Below, piece after piece: positions 62,765-64,000 of a stretch of DNA of 64,000 bases. The DNA is from Candidatus Poriferisocius sp. (GTDB lineage: Bacteria; Actinomycetota; Acidimicrobiia; Acidimicrobiales; Bin134). How positions within the stretch are numbered: the stretch's first letter is position 1; every line of letters begins with the position of its first letter. The notes below the pieces were generated by a model. That model worked only from the letters and a program-made list of their open reading frames with translations. It was not told where the DNA came from and made no database searches. A program made the translations under genes and the position numbers. The DNA lies in assembly GCF_965208355.1 (NCBI RefSeq), contig NZ_CBDBOM010000003.1, forward strand, positions 193,394 to 257,393, written 5' to 3'.

Positions 62765-63826
62765 TCAGATAACCGTTACCGTTCCTGGGTCGGCTGCGGT
62801 GATGTCTCCGATCACTGCTGCGCCATGGCCTGACGAAGCGAGTCGAGCGATGGAGTCTTCTGCCGCGGCTGGCGGGCAGCTGAACAGCAGACCGCCGGAG
62901 GTCTGGGCATCGGCCAGCATGGTCAAAATCCGCTCGTCGTCGGGCCCCCTCACCCAGGGCCTCACATGATCGAGGTTGCGAGCCGTCCCCCCCGGGGCGA
63001 AGCCCTTGTCGAGCAATTCCCAAGCTCCGGGGAGCACCGGCACCGAGTCGGCCCGGACCACCGCCCCGATGCCGCTTGCGGCCGCCAGCTTCTGGAGGTG
63101 GCCCAGCAGTCCGAATCCGGTTATGTCGGTTGCCGCGGTGGCCTTGGCCTCCAAGGCAGCCGATGCGGCAATGTCGTTCAGGCGAGTCATCTCGGTCACA
63201 CCCGCGGTGTAGGCATCGGCCAGCCAGCCACCGGGTTGAATCGCCTCGGGATCGGAGCGCTTGACCGCGGTTGCCAGCAGCCCGGTTCCCAGCGGCTTGG
63301 TCAGTACCAGCGATTGCCCCGGTTGGGCTCCGGAGTTGGTCAGCAGGTTTCCCTCATCTGCTTCTCCGGTGACGGCTTGGCCGTACATCGGCTCAGGTCC
63401 GTCCACCGTGTGGCCGCCCACCACGGTCCAGCCCCCCTCTGCGGCGGCGTCCGCCCCGCCAGTCAGCACCTCGGTGAGGATCTCCAGAGGCAGTTCACCA
63501 TGGGGCCAGGCCACGAGGTTGAGGGCGAATCGGGGAGCCCCGCCCATGGCATAGACATCAGAGGCCGCGTTGGTAGCCGCGATGCGCCCCCATGTGTGGG
63601 GGTCGTCAACCACCGGCGCAAAGAAGTCAGCGGTTGAGATCAGGGCGCGGCCTTCTTCCAGGCGCCACACTGCGGCGTCGTCACCGGTCTCTGTGCCCAC
63701 GATCAGGTTCTCGTGGGTTGGGGTTGGCAGCGAGCGCATGACCTGCGCCAGCTCGGTCGGTCCGAGCTTGCCGGCTCAACCCGCTCCGTGGCTGTAGGCC
63801 GTAAGCCTGCCCGTCTTCGGGTTCAC
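62765..63826 (-). CDS. selD: selenide, water dikinase (selenophosphate synthetase), selenocysteine-containing (TGA at 63776..63778 recoded)
   Basis: The track ORF (62765..63739) starts at MRSLPTP..., downstream of where the N-terminal active site belongs. Reading the same frame upstream gives V-NPKTGRLTAYSHGAG-TGA-AGKLGPTELAQV-MRSLP. This is collinear with the E. coli SelD segment [20 protein letters not shown], with TGA at the Cys17 position. The GTG start at 63826 gives ~353 aa. Confidence 0.85.
63750..63768 (-). promoter_or_regulatory. candidate SECIS-like hairpin downstream of the selD UGA
   Basis: On the coding strand the sequence is UGA-GCCGGCA-AGCUCGG-ACCGA-CCGAGCU. This is a perfect 7-bp stem with a 5-nt loop, starting 8 nt after the UGA. 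Confidence 0.4.
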
Positions 63827-63878
63827 GGACCTGACGCTACCGGGCCGCAGCCAGTTGGCGTGGGTTAGCTTTGCTTCC

Positions 63879-64000
63879 GTGACTACGGGCGAGCAGGCAG
63901 TGCGTTCGATCAAGGCGCTTATGTACACCTACGCCGAATGCGTGGACTTGGCTCGCTTTGACGAGCTTGGCGAGCTCTTCTCTCACGGGGTTCTCACCTC
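63879..64000 (+). CDS. SnoaL-like/NTF2-fold protein, 3' end cut by window edge
   Basis: GTG at 63879. VTTGEQAVRSIKALMYTYAECVDLARFDELGELFSHGVLT matches the usual N-terminal helix pattern (I..L...Y....D...fD.L..LF) of SnoaL_4/NTF2-like proteins. Only 40 codons are visible. Confidence 0.35.
   Translation, partial: MTTGEQAVRSIKALMYTYAECVDLARFDELGELFSHGVLT

Noticed and set aside
1-64000. CRISPR arrays, tRNA or rRNA genes, prophage, integrase or transposase genes, toxin-antitoxin or known defence systems.
   Set aside because: The intergenic spacers are short; the longest are about 200 nt, and two of those are explained by the repeat element. I saw no regularly spaced direct repeats and no cloverleaf-like sequences. 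No nuclease, ATPase or methylase genes of defence type appear among the translated ORFs.

Overview
The window is a densely coding (roughly 90% or more), high-GC bacterial chromosomal segment. I support 55 protein-coding genes, two copies of a structured palindromic repeat, and one candidate recoding hairpin. I found no rRNA, tRNA, CRISPR array, transposase, integrase or phage genes. Family content (F420-type luciferase-like oxidoreductases, thiolase/DUF35 pair, long AtsA-type sulfatase, N-terminally extended methionine aminopeptidase, many acyl-CoA enzymes) suggests an actinobacterial-type or similar high-GC lineage, but that is inference only.

Most of the window is a catabolic gene park:
- 3 cytochrome P450s, 3 TauD/TfdA dioxygenases and 6 SDRs
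- 4 crotonase-type enoyl-CoA hydratases and 2 MaoC hot-dog dehydratases
- 3 acyl-CoA synthetases and 2 thiolase-like proteins, one paired with a DUF35 protein
- a family III CoA-transferase, HyuA/HyuB and 2 amidohydrolase_2 enzymes
- 2 luciferase-like monooxygenases, an aldehyde dehydrogenase, a Zn-ADH and an AcuI-like reductase
- 2 orphan xanthine-dehydrogenase/CoxL-family molybdopterin large subunits
- a cytoplasmic Cys-type arylsulfatase and an exported sulfite-oxidase-family molybdoenzyme

Housekeeping genes are msrA, map and selD, plus a plsY-family gene, a degV-family gene and a CDF transporter.

Items most worth a second look:
1. selD is a selenoprotein gene. An in-frame TGA sits exactly at the active-site Cys position and is followed by a hairpin, so the ORF track truncates the gene.
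2. A structured palindromic MITE/REP-like element occurs twice in inverted orientation and brackets the CoA-transferase gene. One copy has 12-bp terminal inverted repeats and a 7-bp direct repeat that includes the gene's stop codon.
3. A minus-strand four-gene unit encodes an 865-aa secreted repeat protein, GTGA-coupled to an orphan Mo-hydroxylase large subunit. These are followed by an EF-G paralogue whose catalytic His is Ala, and an 83-aa acidic ORF.
4. A tightly packed plus-strand operon mixes cytoplasmic enzymes with two paralogous orphan solute-binding lipoproteins and a Tat-lipoprotein sulfite-oxidase-family enzyme. It sits next to a sulfatase and a TauD gene.
5. An Mo-hydroxylase large subunit is ATGA-coupled to a P450, and another P450 is start/stop-coupled to a lipoprotein cytochrome c.

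All functional calls rest on motif recognition by eye. No database search was run.
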